Shown here in pieces: positions 27,857-36,625 of a stretch of 64,000 nt of DNA. The DNA lies in the NCBI GenBank assembly GCA_017394835.1, contig JAFPXD010000003.1:13691-77690 (forward strand), in the 5' to 3' direction. The position numbers and the translations under genes are program-made. The notes beneath the pieces were generated by a model that saw nothing but the letters and a program-made list of their open reading frames with translations, made no database searches and was not told the DNA's origin. Each line of letters starts with the position of its first letter. Position 1 is the stretch's first letter. This DNA comes from Clostridia bacterium. Lineage in GTDB: Bacteria > Bacillota > Clostridia > Christensenellales > CAG-138.

Positions 27857-28570
27857 TTATTCTCCGTAAAAAACCTCAAGATCGTCGAGCCGCAGCAGCG
27901 CGGGAGGCAGGCCGCCCGACGCGCCCGTGTCGATATTGATCCAAGTGCGGGTCTTTATTACCCTGCCGCGGTATTCATCGCCGTAAAAGAGTGTGGGCGT
28001 ATGCCCGAAGACGGTAATAACGTCGTCAAAATAATCGGTCACCAAGGTCGGCCTCGCCCAGAGCAGATCCGAATCGGAATACTCGGAAAGCTTCTTTTCC
28101 GGTTCAAAGCCGCCGAAGCCCGCGTGAACGAGCAGAAAATCCCTCCCGTTCACCGTATCGGCCCCTATAAGCGGCGCGTCGCGCAGGAAATCGAGCACGT
28201 CGTGCACGTTGAACTCAGAGGTATCGCGCAGTCTTTTCAGGCTTTTCAGAGTCACTCCCCCGCCGTTCATCAGATAATCGTTCAGCAGGTTTATCCGCAT
28301 AGAGCCGAAGCCTTGAATGCTCTCTTCGCTGATCTCGTCAAAAAGGAAATCGCAGGAAAGAAGCATCTGCTCATGATTGCCGAGTATGAATTCAAAATTC
28401 GGCTGCTGCATCATGTAGGTGAGCAGGGATACGCCGCCGTCGCCGTTGCGGTCTATGACGTCGCCCAGAATATAGAGATAATCCTCATCGGAGAAGCCGA
28501 CTTTTTCAAGCAGAGCCTTGAATTTTTCAAGCGGATAGCCGTGCAGGTCGGATATGGCGTAGGTGCTCAC
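27857..28570 (-). CDS. Calcineurin-like metallophosphoesterase (PrpE/ApaH-type Ser/Thr phosphatase family)
   Basis: Motifs seen: ISDLHG, GDVIDRNGDG, GNHE, VHAG, GHTP. The start is GTG with GAAAGGAA 8 nt upstream. Confidence 0.85.
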   Translation of the reverse strand: MSTYAISDLHGYPLEKFKALLEKVGFSDEDYLYILGDVIDRNGDGGVSLLTYMMQQPNFEFILGNHEQMLLSCDFLFDEISEESIQGFGSMRINLLNDYLMNGGGVTLKSLKRLRDTSEFNVHDVLDFLRDAPLIGADTVNGRDFLLVHAGFGGFEPEKKLSEYSDSDLLWARPTLVTDYFDDVITVFGHTPTLFYGDEYRGRVIKTRTWINIDTGASGGLPPALLRLDDLEVFYGE

Positions 28571-28736
28571 TTCGGTGTTCCTTTCGATTTCGTTCTTTTA
28601 CCTTCTTATTATACCATTTCGGACAGCTCTTTTCAACGCATGGGAAGGATCCGCTGTGGATAACGCGGTTTTCGGCCTTCCCGAGGGTTGAAGAACGACT
28701 GTGAATATGTTAAAATATAAGGTGGGTATATGTATT

Positions 28737-29504
28737 ATGGCACACGTAAGCATTCGTGAAAAACTGCATATTTCGACCATTGACGCAAGGGCCCGTGAGC
28801 TTGCGCTTCAATACGGAATCGGCATTGAAGTCGCCGAATTCTGCTGGGCGCAGTACCTTGACGAAGGGTATGAGGAGCATCTTCGCGCGGCAAAAGACGC
28901 CGTTCGGGGCATGGGGAGCCTTTGGTTCCACGCGCCTTTTGCGGAGCTTTCGCCCTGTGCGATAGATCCGAAGGTTTTGAAACTCACCCGCGAAAGATAC
29001 CTTTCCTCCGTCCGCACCGCGCGGGCGCTGGGAATCAACAGGCTCGTCTTTCACAGCGGGTACATCCCGAACGTCTATTTCCCCGAGTATTTCACGGAAC
29101 GCTCGATCGAATTCTGGCGCGGTTTCATGAGCGAATTGCCCGAGGACTTCCTTATCGTGCTCGAAAACGTGATGGATACCCAGCCCGACGGACTCATTGA
29201 AATAGCAGATTCAGTGGGCGACAGGCGGCTCGGGATTTGCCTCGACGCGGGGCATGCGAACTGCGTCTCCCCCGCCGCGCCCGCCGAATGGGCACGCCGG
29301 ATGGGAGGACGCATCCGTCACGTGCACATCCACAATAATCACGGTGAGCGGGATACCCACAACAGTCTGTTCGACGGGAGCATACCCATGGAGGAATTCC
29401 TGGGCATTGTAACGGAAAACTGCCCCGAAGCCACTTTCACGATAGAGAATATGGACGCCGAGCCCTCGCTTGTTTGGCTCGCTGAAAAAGGTTATTTGCT
29501 ATGA
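28737..29504 (+). CDS. AP-endonuclease-2 / xylose-isomerase-like TIM-barrel protein, probable CbiR-type cobamide-remodelling phosphodiesterase
   Basis: Metal-ligand-like motifs are present: FHAPF, VFHSG, VLENV, CLDAGHAN, HVHIHNN..RD.H. Its stop overlaps the cobT ATG (ATGA). The start is ambiguous: GTG 28701, ATG 28707, or ATG 28737 with AAGGTGGG 10 nt upstream. Confidence 0.55.
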   Translation: MAHVSIREKLHISTIDARARELALQYGIGIEVAEFCWAQYLDEGYEEHLRAAKDAVRGMGSLWFHAPFAELSPCAIDPKVLKLTRERYLSSVRTARALGINRLVFHSGYIPNVYFPEYFTERSIEFWRGFMSELPEDFLIVLENVMDTQPDGLIEIADSVGDRRLGICLDAGHANCVSPAAPAEWARRMGGRIRHVHIHNNHGERDTHNSLFDGSIPMEEFLGIVTENCPEATFTIENMDAEPSLVWLAEKGYLL

Positions 29505-30613
29505 ACGATACGAATCTTAAGGAACTCATTTCGGAAATATCCCCCGCGTATGGAAGCGCTGCCGAAGCCGCGAGAATGCGTCAGGCGTCGCTTGCAAAGC
29601 CTCCGCACAGCCTCGGAAAGCTCGAGGATATTTCCGTAAAGCTCGCGGGCATAACGGGCAGGGTAAACAACCTGCTCGGCGAATGCCGCGTGCTCGTTTT
29701 CGCGGCGGATAACGGCGTTGCGCTTGAGGGCGTCGCCGTAACGCCCCAGTCCGTGACCGCATTGCAGGCCGTCAATATGACGAGGCACAAAACGGGAATG
29801 TCCGTGCTCGCCGCGCATTTCGGAAACTCCGTAAGGGTCTTCGACGTGGGCGTGAACAGCGAAAACAAGCTCCCCGGCGTGATCGACCGCCGCATTCGCC
29901 GCGGTACGGCAAGCATACTGCGCGGCCCCGCAATGAGCCGTGAAGAATGCCTCCGCGCGGCAGAGGCGGGTATTGAGGCCGTTTATGACGCCCGGCGGGA
30001 CGGCGTTTCCGCTATCGGAATAGGCGAAATGGGTATCGGCAATACGACCACCTCCGCCGCGGTGCTCTCGGCGCTCACCGGGCTTTCGCCCGAGGCGGTA
30101 ACGGGGCGCGGGAGCGGGCTCACAGACGAGGCGTTCGAGCTTAAAAAGCGGGTCATAGCTGAGGCTGTTTTGCTTAACTCTCCCGATAAAGACGACGTGA
30201 TCGGCGTTATTTCAAAGGTCGGAGGGCTCGACATAGCAGCTATGACGGGCGCTTATCTCGGGGCCGCAAGGGCGCGCATCCCCGCAGTTGCCGATGGGTT
30301 CATTTCGATAGTCGCGGCGCTCTGCGCTTACCGTCTCTGCCCCGCCGTCAGGGATTTCATATTTCTTTCGCACGCCTCAATGGAAACGGGCTACCGCAGA
30401 GCCGCCGAAGAATTGGGGCTCGAGCCCTTCCTTCTGCTCGATATGCGCCTTGGCGAGGGCAGCGGATGCCCCATCGCGTTTGCCGTCATGAAGGCCGCCT
30501 GCGCCGTGATGAACGATATGGCGACTTTTGATGAAGCGGCGATAAACGACGGGTATCTCGATACCATAAGGGATATTGACGCCTTCGGTGTTGAACGCGG
30601 AGGCCGCGCATGA
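29501..30613 (+). CDS. cobT: Nicotinate-nucleotide--dimethylbenzimidazole phosphoribosyltransferase
   Basis: The motifs …GIGEMGIGNTTTSAAV… and LGEGSGC, and the ~370 aa length, fit CobT. Confidence 0.93.
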   Translation: MNDTNLKELISEISPAYGSAAEAARMRQASLAKPPHSLGKLEDISVKLAGITGRVNNLLGECRVLVFAADNGVALEGVAVTPQSVTALQAVNMTRHKTGMSVLAAHFGNSVRVFDVGVNSENKLPGVIDRRIRRGTASILRGPAMSREECLRAAEAGIEAVYDARRDGVSAIGIGEMGIGNTTTSAAVLSALTGLSPEAVTGRGSGLTDEAFELKKRVIAEAVLLNSPDKDDVIGVISKVGGLDIAAMTGAYLGAARARIPAVADGFISIVAALCAYRLCPAVRDFIFLSHASMETGYRRAAEELGLEPFLLLDMRLGEGSGCPIAFAVMKAACAVMNDMATFDEAAINDGYLDTIRDIDAFGVERGGRA

Positions 30614-31164
30614 GGATATTGCTTTTGGGTGGGAGCAAGAGCGGAAAAAGCGGCCTTGCGCAGGAGCTTTCATCAATGCTTGCTTCGGGCGGAAGGAAGA
30701 TCTATTGGGCTACAATGGAGCCCGTTGACGGCGAAGACGAGGCAAGGATAGAAAAGCACATCGAAGACCGCCTCGGCATGGGTTTTGAGACGATCGAATG
30801 CGGAAAAAGCTTGCTTGCAAGAGCCGATGAAGCAGAGGGAGCCACGGTGCTCTTTGACAGTGTGACGGCTTATCTTGCAAACGAGATGTTCGGCGGCGGA
30901 TTTGATGAAAACGCTCCCGAAAGGGCCGCCGGGGAGCTCCTTGAACTGAGCCTTTCATGCGATAATTTCGTCTGCGTATGCGACGAGCTTTTCCGCGGAG
31001 GCGAAGATCACGAGGGGCTGACTGAGGATTACGTTCGCGGGCTTGCCATGATATGCAGGACGCTTGCCGCGCATTTCGATACCGTCTGCGAGGTCGTATG
31101 CGGCGTCCCTCACACAGTCAAGGGAAGCCTCGATCCTTTGGGAATTACAGCCGGCACGGCGTAA
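30610..31164 (+). CDS. cobU: Adenosylcobinamide kinase / adenosylcobinamide-phosphate guanylyltransferase
   Basis: It has the P-loop ILLLGGSKSGKSGLA, a His-containing RIEKHIEDR segment and a conserved C-terminal block. It has an ATGA overlap with cobT. Confidence 0.85.
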   Translation: MRILLLGGSKSGKSGLAQELSSMLASGGRKIYWATMEPVDGEDEARIEKHIEDRLGMGFETIECGKSLLARADEAEGATVLFDSVTAYLANEMFGGGFDENAPERAAGELLELSLSCDNFVCVCDELFRGGEDHEGLTEDYVRGLAMICRTLAAHFDTVCEVVCGVPHTVKGSLDPLGITAGTA

Positions 31165-31194
31165 AGCAAAGAAAGCGGCGGAAAGGGTTTGCTT

Positions 31195-31944
31195 ATGAAG
31201 AAATGGTTCACGGGATTATTCATGTCGTGGGGGATGTTTCTTTCGATCCCCTGCCCCGTCCTCAAATGGGATGAGGAGGCGCGGAGCGAAATGCTCGCCT
31301 GCATGCCCTTCACGGGCTGTATCATAGGCGGGCTTTGGGCGCTCGCGGCATATCTTTTGGGGCTGATCTCCTGCCCCTTGCCTATCGCCGCCGCGGTGCT
31401 TTTGGCTTTGCCGTGGGTATTGAGCGGCTTTATTCATCTTGACGGGTTCATGGACGTTTGCGACGCGGTATTGTCCCGCCGCGATCTCGATACAAAACGG
31501 AGGATACTGAAGGACTCGCACTGCGGCTCGTTTGCCGTCATTTCGATGGTTCTTCTCGCCCTGTTCGGCGCGGCGTTATTCGCTTCCGTCCCGGCCAAAG
31601 AGCTGCCCCTGCTTCCGCTTGCGGCGATACCCGTTTCCGTCCGTGCGACGGCGGGGCTTGCGGTCACCTGCATAAAGCCCATGGAAACGAGCCAGTATTC
31701 GGGCGCGGTAACAAAAAAGCCCGCCTGCATCGCCGTGCTTTGCATTTGGCTTGCGGCGGCGGCTGCGCTTCCCATCATTACGAACGGCCTTCGCGGGCTT
31801 GCTCCTGCGGCGGCGGCCGCGGGATATGCCGCTTTTGCGGCGTTGGCGGGCAGATCATTAAAGGGCATGAACGGGGACGTTTCGGGCTTTGCGCTGACTC
31901 TGGGCGAGCTCATCGGCGCCGCGGTGCTTATACTTGTGAGGTGA
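31195..31944 (+). CDS. cobS: Adenosylcobinamide-GDP ribazoletransferase (cobalamin 5'-phosphate synthase)
   Basis: It is a polytopic membrane protein with the HLDGFMDVCDA motif. The ORF-track start 31189 is TTG. ATG 31195 has GAAAGGG 7 nt upstream. Confidence 0.9.
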   Translation: MKKWFTGLFMSWGMFLSIPCPVLKWDEEARSEMLACMPFTGCIIGGLWALAAYLLGLISCPLPIAAAVLLALPWVLSGFIHLDGFMDVCDAVLSRRDLDTKRRILKDSHCGSFAVISMVLLALFGAALFASVPAKELPLLPLAAIPVSVRATAGLAVTCIKPMETSQYSGAVTKKPACIAVLCIWLAAAAALPIITNGLRGLAPAAAAAGYAAFAALAGRSLKGMNGDVSGFALTLGELIGAAVLILVR

Positions 31945-31948
31945 CGGT

Positions 31949-32323
31949 ATGGAATTGATCTTAGGAGGAGCGTTTCAGGGAAAGCTCACATATGCTTCTG
32001 AAAAATACGGACTTTCGGGGGAAGCTCTCTGCGACCTCGTAACGGGCCTTCCCGACGCCGGGACGAAATGTGTTTACCATCTTGAAGCGTTCACGAAGCA
32101 AGCCGCAAAAAAGGGCTTGACGGCTTTGGAGGCTTTGGAGCTTCTCATGCCCGTTTCCCGTTTTTGCGCCGTCGTTTCAAGGGAGATCGGCAACGGCATA
32201 GTGCCAATGGCCGCATTTGAACGCGAATGGCGCGAGCTGCACGGCGCCGTCCTCAAGGAGCTTGCTTCACGAGCCGAACGCGTTACCCGAATATTCTGCG
32301 GCATACCGGAGGTGCTGAAATGA
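31949..32323 (+). CDS. Truncated CobU-like protein (124 aa) with degenerate P-loop
   Basis: The N-terminus MELILGGAFQGKLTYA aligns to the CobU P-loop, but the SGKS serine positions are lost. The C-terminus VSREIGNGIVPMAAFEREWRELHGAVLKELASRAERVTRIFCGIPEVLK matches the CobU C-terminal block. The central His region is missing. Confidence 0.65.
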   Translation: MELILGGAFQGKLTYASEKYGLSGEALCDLVTGLPDAGTKCVYHLEAFTKQAAKKGLTALEALELLMPVSRFCAVVSREIGNGIVPMAAFEREWRELHGAVLKELASRAERVTRIFCGIPEVLK

Positions 32324-32901
32324 AGATAACTCTCATCCGTCACGGCGAGACCGAGGGCAACGTGAAAAGGCTCTATTACGGCGCTTCCGATCTGCCCATA
32401 CTGCCCGAAAGCGAGCAAAAGCTCCGTGACGCCGCCGCAAAGGGCGCTTACCCTTCATTCCCCCGCTATTACACGAGCGGGATGCTCAGGGCGGAGCAGA
32501 CCTTCCGCGCGATATACGGCGATACTCCGCACGGCGTCCTCCGCGATATGCGCGAAATAGATTTCGGCCGGTTCGAAATGCGCCCCTATGAGGAATTGAA
32601 GAACGATCCCGAATACATAGAATGGATCACGGGTGATTTCGAAAAAAACGTCTGTCCCGGCGGCGAAAGCGGCGAGATCGTGACGGAAAGGGCGTATAGG
32701 GCGCTCATGGGCGTTGTGAACGAGGGCGAGGACGCGCTCATCATAACCCACGGCGGAGTCATAGGCGGAGTGCTTTCGAAGCTCTTCCCCTGCGAGGAAG
32801 GGCGTTACCGCTTCACCCCCGAGCCCGGCTGCGGATACACTGTGGAATTTGAGGAAGGTAAGCCCGTCGGCCTTATTGAATTCAATGCGGGTAGAGAATA
32901 A
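32320..32901 (+). CDS. cobC: Alpha-ribazole phosphatase (histidine phosphatase family)
   Basis: The sequence MKITLIRHGETEGN has the RHG motif. ATG 32320 overlaps the upstream TGA (ATGA). The start was trimmed from the ORF-track start 32227. Confidence 0.85.
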   Translation: MKITLIRHGETEGNVKRLYYGASDLPILPESEQKLRDAAAKGAYPSFPRYYTSGMLRAEQTFRAIYGDTPHGVLRDMREIDFGRFEMRPYEELKNDPEYIEWITGDFEKNVCPGGESGEIVTERAYRALMGVVNEGEDALIITHGGVIGGVLSKLFPCEEGRYRFTPEPGCGYTVEFEEGKPVGLIEFNAGRE

Positions 32902-33764
32902 TGATCATCGAGACAGAAAGACTCATATTGAGGCCGTTCGAAAAAAGCGATGCGGAATCGGTATTCCGTTACGCAAGCGATGAAAGGGTCGGGCCGCCCG
33001 CGGGCTGGCTGCCGCATAAAAGCATAGAGGAAAGCCGAAGGATTGTCGATATTTTCCGAAGCAAGCCCGAGATCTACGCCATAGTTCCCAAGGAACTCGG
33101 CGAGGCTGCGGGCGCGATCCAGATAAAGCTCGGCGGCGATACCGATCTGACCGAGCGCGACGACGAATGCGAGATAGGCTACTGGATAGGCCGCCCCTTC
33201 TGGGGCAGGGGATTCATGCCCGAAGCGATCGCCGCGATGGTCCGGCACGCGTTCGCGGATCTTCACATGAACGCCATTTGGTGCGGGTATTACGATGGCA
33301 ACGAACGCTCACGCCGCGCGCAGGAAAAATGCGGCTTCGTCCATATGTACACCACGGAGGGGCTTTACGTCCCCCACGTCGATGAGGTGCGTACGGGGCA
33401 CGTCACGGTGCTCACAAGGGCGGCGTGGCTCGGCAAAAAGGAAGGCGCGCCCAAGAATTCGTTTGATCTCATCTATGAACAGGTGATGAAGATACCCAAG
33501 GGCCGCGTTGCGACCTACGGGCAGATAGCGCGCATGGCGGGCAACCCGCGCTGGTCACGGGTCGTTGGGTTCGCCCTGCACGTAAACCCCAAGCCCGGCG
33601 CTATCCCCTGCCACAGGGTGGTCGATAGGAACGGAAGGCTCTCCCCCGCCTTCGCTTTCGGCGGGATAAACATACAGGAGCGGCTTTTGTCGGAAGAGGG
33701 GATCGAAGTAAAGGACGGACGTGTGGAGCTTGAAAAATACCGTTTCCGCACGGACGGGCAATAA
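32901..33764 (+). CDS. Fusion protein: GNAT (RimJ/RimL-like) N-acetyltransferase + MGMT/Ada-C-type DNA-binding methyltransferase domain
   Basis: The N-terminal half has TERLILRPFEKSDAE…GYWIGRPFWGRGF…. The C-terminal ~90 aa have KIPKGRVATYGQIARMAGNPRWSRVVG…IPCHRVV, which includes the PCHR active-site motif. Its ATG overlaps the cobC stop (TAATG). Confidence 0.8.
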   Translation: MIIETERLILRPFEKSDAESVFRYASDERVGPPAGWLPHKSIEESRRIVDIFRSKPEIYAIVPKELGEAAGAIQIKLGGDTDLTERDDECEIGYWIGRPFWGRGFMPEAIAAMVRHAFADLHMNAIWCGYYDGNERSRRAQEKCGFVHMYTTEGLYVPHVDEVRTGHVTVLTRAAWLGKKEGAPKNSFDLIYEQVMKIPKGRVATYGQIARMAGNPRWSRVVGFALHVNPKPGAIPCHRVVDRNGRLSPAFAFGGINIQERLLSEEGIEVKDGRVELEKYRFRTDGQ

Positions 33765-33800
33765 ACCAGCGGTGAACAACACCCATTTTCGGAGGTTATC

Positions 33801-34364
33801 ATGTATCAGGAAAGCAGCGACAGGATGCGCGGCGGCTCCAAGGCGGACGCGCTCCTCGTAATAGGGCTCATCGTATTCTTTTTCCTTGCGGGCGGCCTTG
33901 CGACCATGCTCAGATCCAGATTCGGATCCAACGCGCCCCTTTACCTTTTCGCGCTCATATTCGGCGCGGCGCTCTACTTTATCTATCGGATAAGGATAGT
34001 CGGCTGGCGCTACACGGTTTTTCATTCCGAACCCGAAACGGAATACGATCCCCGTTTTGACGAATACATCACCCATGAGGATCACCCCTACCCCGTCGGC
34101 ACCATCGTGATAGAGCGCACAGTCAGCGCGAAGGGCGCAATTACGGAGGTCATAAACCCCGGCGAGCTCGCCGCCGTTCTTGCCCCCGGCGAAAGCGCGG
34201 CCTGCGATAAGGAGGTCAGCATGAGCCCCATCGCAAAGGAGCGTTCCTCATCGCTTATCTTTGTGCGCGGCGGCGTCAGAACGCGCGTCTATTGCGCCTT
34301 ATCCGATACCTTCATCGCCTACGCAAAGGGAATTGCGGAACAAAATGAAACTGCCTCTGTTTGA
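33801..34364 (+). CDS. Hypothetical membrane protein (2 TM + soluble C-terminal domain)
   Basis: A GGAGG RBS lies upstream. It has two hydrophobic helices (LLVIGLIVFFFLAGGLATML and LYLFALIFGAALYFIY). I recognised no motif. Confidence 0.6.
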   Translation: MYQESSDRMRGGSKADALLVIGLIVFFFLAGGLATMLRSRFGSNAPLYLFALIFGAALYFIYRIRIVGWRYTVFHSEPETEYDPRFDEYITHEDHPYPVGTIVIERTVSAKGAITEVINPGELAAVLAPGESAACDKEVSMSPIAKERSSSLIFVRGGVRTRVYCALSDTFIAYAKGIAEQNETASV

Positions 34365-35664
34365 AGCCTTGACCGAATATGCGGGCAAGGAGCCCGCAAG
34401 ATTTCACATGCCCGGCCACAAGGGTCTGTTAAACGCGCTTGACGTGACAGAAACGCTTGACACAGACAATCTTCACGCGCCTTCCGGGGCGATACTCGAA
34501 TCGGAAAGGCTGTGCGCCGAAAGGCTTGGAGCAAGGGAAGCCTTCTTTTCGGTGAACGGCTCAACCGCCTGTATGCTCGCCATGCTGGAGCTTGCGGGCA
34601 GGGGCGAAAGGATACTTCTCGGAAGAGGCTGTCACAAATCGGCGATAAACGGGATCGCGCTTTCCGATCAGGAGGCGGAGCCCCTCATTCCCGATGAAAA
34701 CGGAGTCTATTCCGCGGATGAAGTCGATAGGGCGCTTACAAAAACCCCATGCGCGGCGGTGTTTTTGACCTCGCCCACGTACAGAGGGGCCGTTTCTCCC
34801 ATTGATAAGATCGCGGAGGCCGCTCACAGGCACGGGGCTTTGCTCCTCGTCGATGCGGCGCATGGGGCGCATTTTGCCTATTCGGGCGAGCTTCCCCCTG
34901 TTCCGTCATCCGCCGACCTCTGGTGCGTGAGCTCTCACAAGACCCTTTGCGCGCTCACGCAGACGGCGCTCCTTCTCACGGGGAAGAGCTGTCCGTTCCC
35001 GGAGAATGCAGTCCGCAGGGCTTTGGGGCGCTATCTTTCGACCAGTCCTTCATATGAATTGATGCTTTCGATCGAGCGCTCCGTGCTGTGTCCCCCGGAT
35101 TGGGATGCGCATATCAGCAGGATCCGCCGCGTAAGGAAGGAACTGTGCGGGCTTCCGGGCGTTCATCTGCTTGGCGGCGGGGATATTACACGGCTCAATA
35201 TCGCAGTCGGCGGGATGAACGGCAGAAGGCTTGCCGAAAGACTTTTTGCGGCGGGAGTTTATCCCGAAATGGCGGACGGCGGCTGCGTAACGCTCATAAC
35301 CGCTCCCGCCGATCCCGACGAATGGTATGAAAGACTTGCCGCTGCGCTTCGCCTTATCGCCTGCGATGAGGAAGCGCGGCCTGTGAAAGCCGCCGCCCCC
35401 GCTTCGCCCGTTTTCGGCGAAAGGGTCATGAGCGTCACGAGGTCGGTATTCGCCCCGCGTGAGTGCGTCCCGCTTGAAAGCTCGGTCGGCCGCGTCTGCG
35501 CGGAAGCCTGCGGGGCCTACCCGCCTGGCATTGCGATACTCTTTCCCGGTGAAAGGATAACTGAAGAAGCCGTCCGCTTCCTTTCGGCGGAGCTTGATTC
35601 CGGCGCCGCGCTATTCGGGCTTGAAGGCGGCTGTGTAAGCGTTGTAAAGGAGCAGGAAGCATGA
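34345..35664 (+). CDS. PLP-dependent Orn/Lys/Arg decarboxylase family protein (YaaO-like)
   Basis: Motifs seen: FHMPGHKG and the SSHKTL PLP-lysine motif. Its position upstream of holB matches the Bacillus yaaO…holB region. The start was trimmed to ATG 34345. Confidence 0.85.
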   Translation: MKLPLFEALTEYAGKEPARFHMPGHKGLLNALDVTETLDTDNLHAPSGAILESERLCAERLGAREAFFSVNGSTACMLAMLELAGRGERILLGRGCHKSAINGIALSDQEAEPLIPDENGVYSADEVDRALTKTPCAAVFLTSPTYRGAVSPIDKIAEAAHRHGALLLVDAAHGAHFAYSGELPPVPSSADLWCVSSHKTLCALTQTALLLTGKSCPFPENAVRRALGRYLSTSPSYELMLSIERSVLCPPDWDAHISRIRRVRKELCGLPGVHLLGGGDITRLNIAVGGMNGRRLAERLFAAGVYPEMADGGCVTLITAPADPDEWYERLAAALRLIACDEEARPVKAAAPASPVFGERVMSVTRSVFAPRECVPLESSVGRVCAEACGAYPPGIAILFPGERITEEAVRFLSAELDSGAALFGLEGGCVSVVKEQEA

Positions 35665-36596
35665 ACAGGATGTACGAAGGGCTTGAAGCCTCCATACTCG
35701 CGGGAAGGGCGCTGCACGCGTACCTCATTACCGGGGCGGATCCGGACGTTACCGATACATTTGCCAGAAACGCCGCCGCGGTGACGCTTTTCGGCAAGAG
35801 GGAGCCCGCCCTGCTCCCCGACTGCCCGGATTACATGGAATACACGGGCGCGGTCTCCATATCGGTATTCCGCGATATTATCCGTCCTGAGATCTATCGC
35901 GAATCCTACGGGAAGCGCGGGCGCGCAGTGGTTTTCAGGAACGCGCATCAGCTTTCCGAGCCCGTGCAGAACGCCATGCTGAAGGTGCTCGAAGAGCCGC
36001 CCCGCGGCACGCGCTTCTTTTTGACGGGCATTGAGCACGGGATACTGCCTACGGTGCGCTCCCGCTGTATGATAATAAGGTGTTCCGCGGGCGAGCTTGA
36101 GGATATTTGCTTAATGCTCGAAGGCCTCGGCGCAGACCGCTTCAAAGCGGAGCGCATTGCGAATATGAGCGGCTGTATCACGGCAAGGGCAAAGCGGCTT
36201 TATGAGGACGCGGATTTTGCCGCCATGCGCGAAGGAGTGCTCGCGGCGTTCATAGCGGCGCTCAACGGCACGCCTGCATTCAAATGGGCGAAGGCAAAAT
36301 ACGACCGCCCCGATCATTTCGAGGCGAACGAGTTTCTGCTGCTCGCCTGTCACGATCTGATGCGGTCCGCCTGCGGTATGAAGCCCGAATTCTGCACCGA
36401 TAAAGCGGCTGAGCTCGAAAAACTCGGTTCATGCTTTACAATCGGCGAAATAAGTTGTATTATAGATGAGTTGACGGAAAACGCGGAGCGTCTTTCCACC
36501 AACGCCTCCCCCGCCGCTGCGTTCGACAGGCTCTTTGCCCGCCTCGGCGCGATGGGGCTCAATAAAACCGAAAGCCGTGCAAAACGGCGCAGGTAA
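35661..36596 (+). CDS. holB: DNA polymerase III subunit delta'
   Basis: The motif HAYLITG… and the SRC-like box VQNAMLKVLEEPP…TVRSRC are present. It has an ATGA overlap with the upstream gene and is followed by ricT. Confidence 0.85.
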   Translation: MNRMYEGLEASILAGRALHAYLITGADPDVTDTFARNAAAVTLFGKREPALLPDCPDYMEYTGAVSISVFRDIIRPEIYRESYGKRGRAVVFRNAHQLSEPVQNAMLKVLEEPPRGTRFFLTGIEHGILPTVRSRCMIIRCSAGELEDICLMLEGLGADRFKAERIANMSGCITARAKRLYEDADFAAMREGVLAAFIAALNGTPAFKWAKAKYDRPDHFEANEFLLLACHDLMRSACGMKPEFCTDKAAELEKLGSCFTIGEISCIIDELTENAERLSTNASPAAAFDRLFARLGAMGLNKTESRAKRRR

Positions 36597-36625
36597 AACA
36601 AGTATCATCTTAACGGAGTGTAAAT

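Noticed and set aside
28571-28736. A cobalamin riboswitch upstream of the cobamide salvage operon. A nested hairpin GGGAAGG…CCGC…GCGG…CCTTCCC is present at 28642-28682.
   Set aside because: I could not find the B12-box (…GCCACTG-like) or the conserved GGTG…AATCC core elements, and the region is too short for a full cobalamin aptamer plus expression platform. This should still be checked with the Rfam model.
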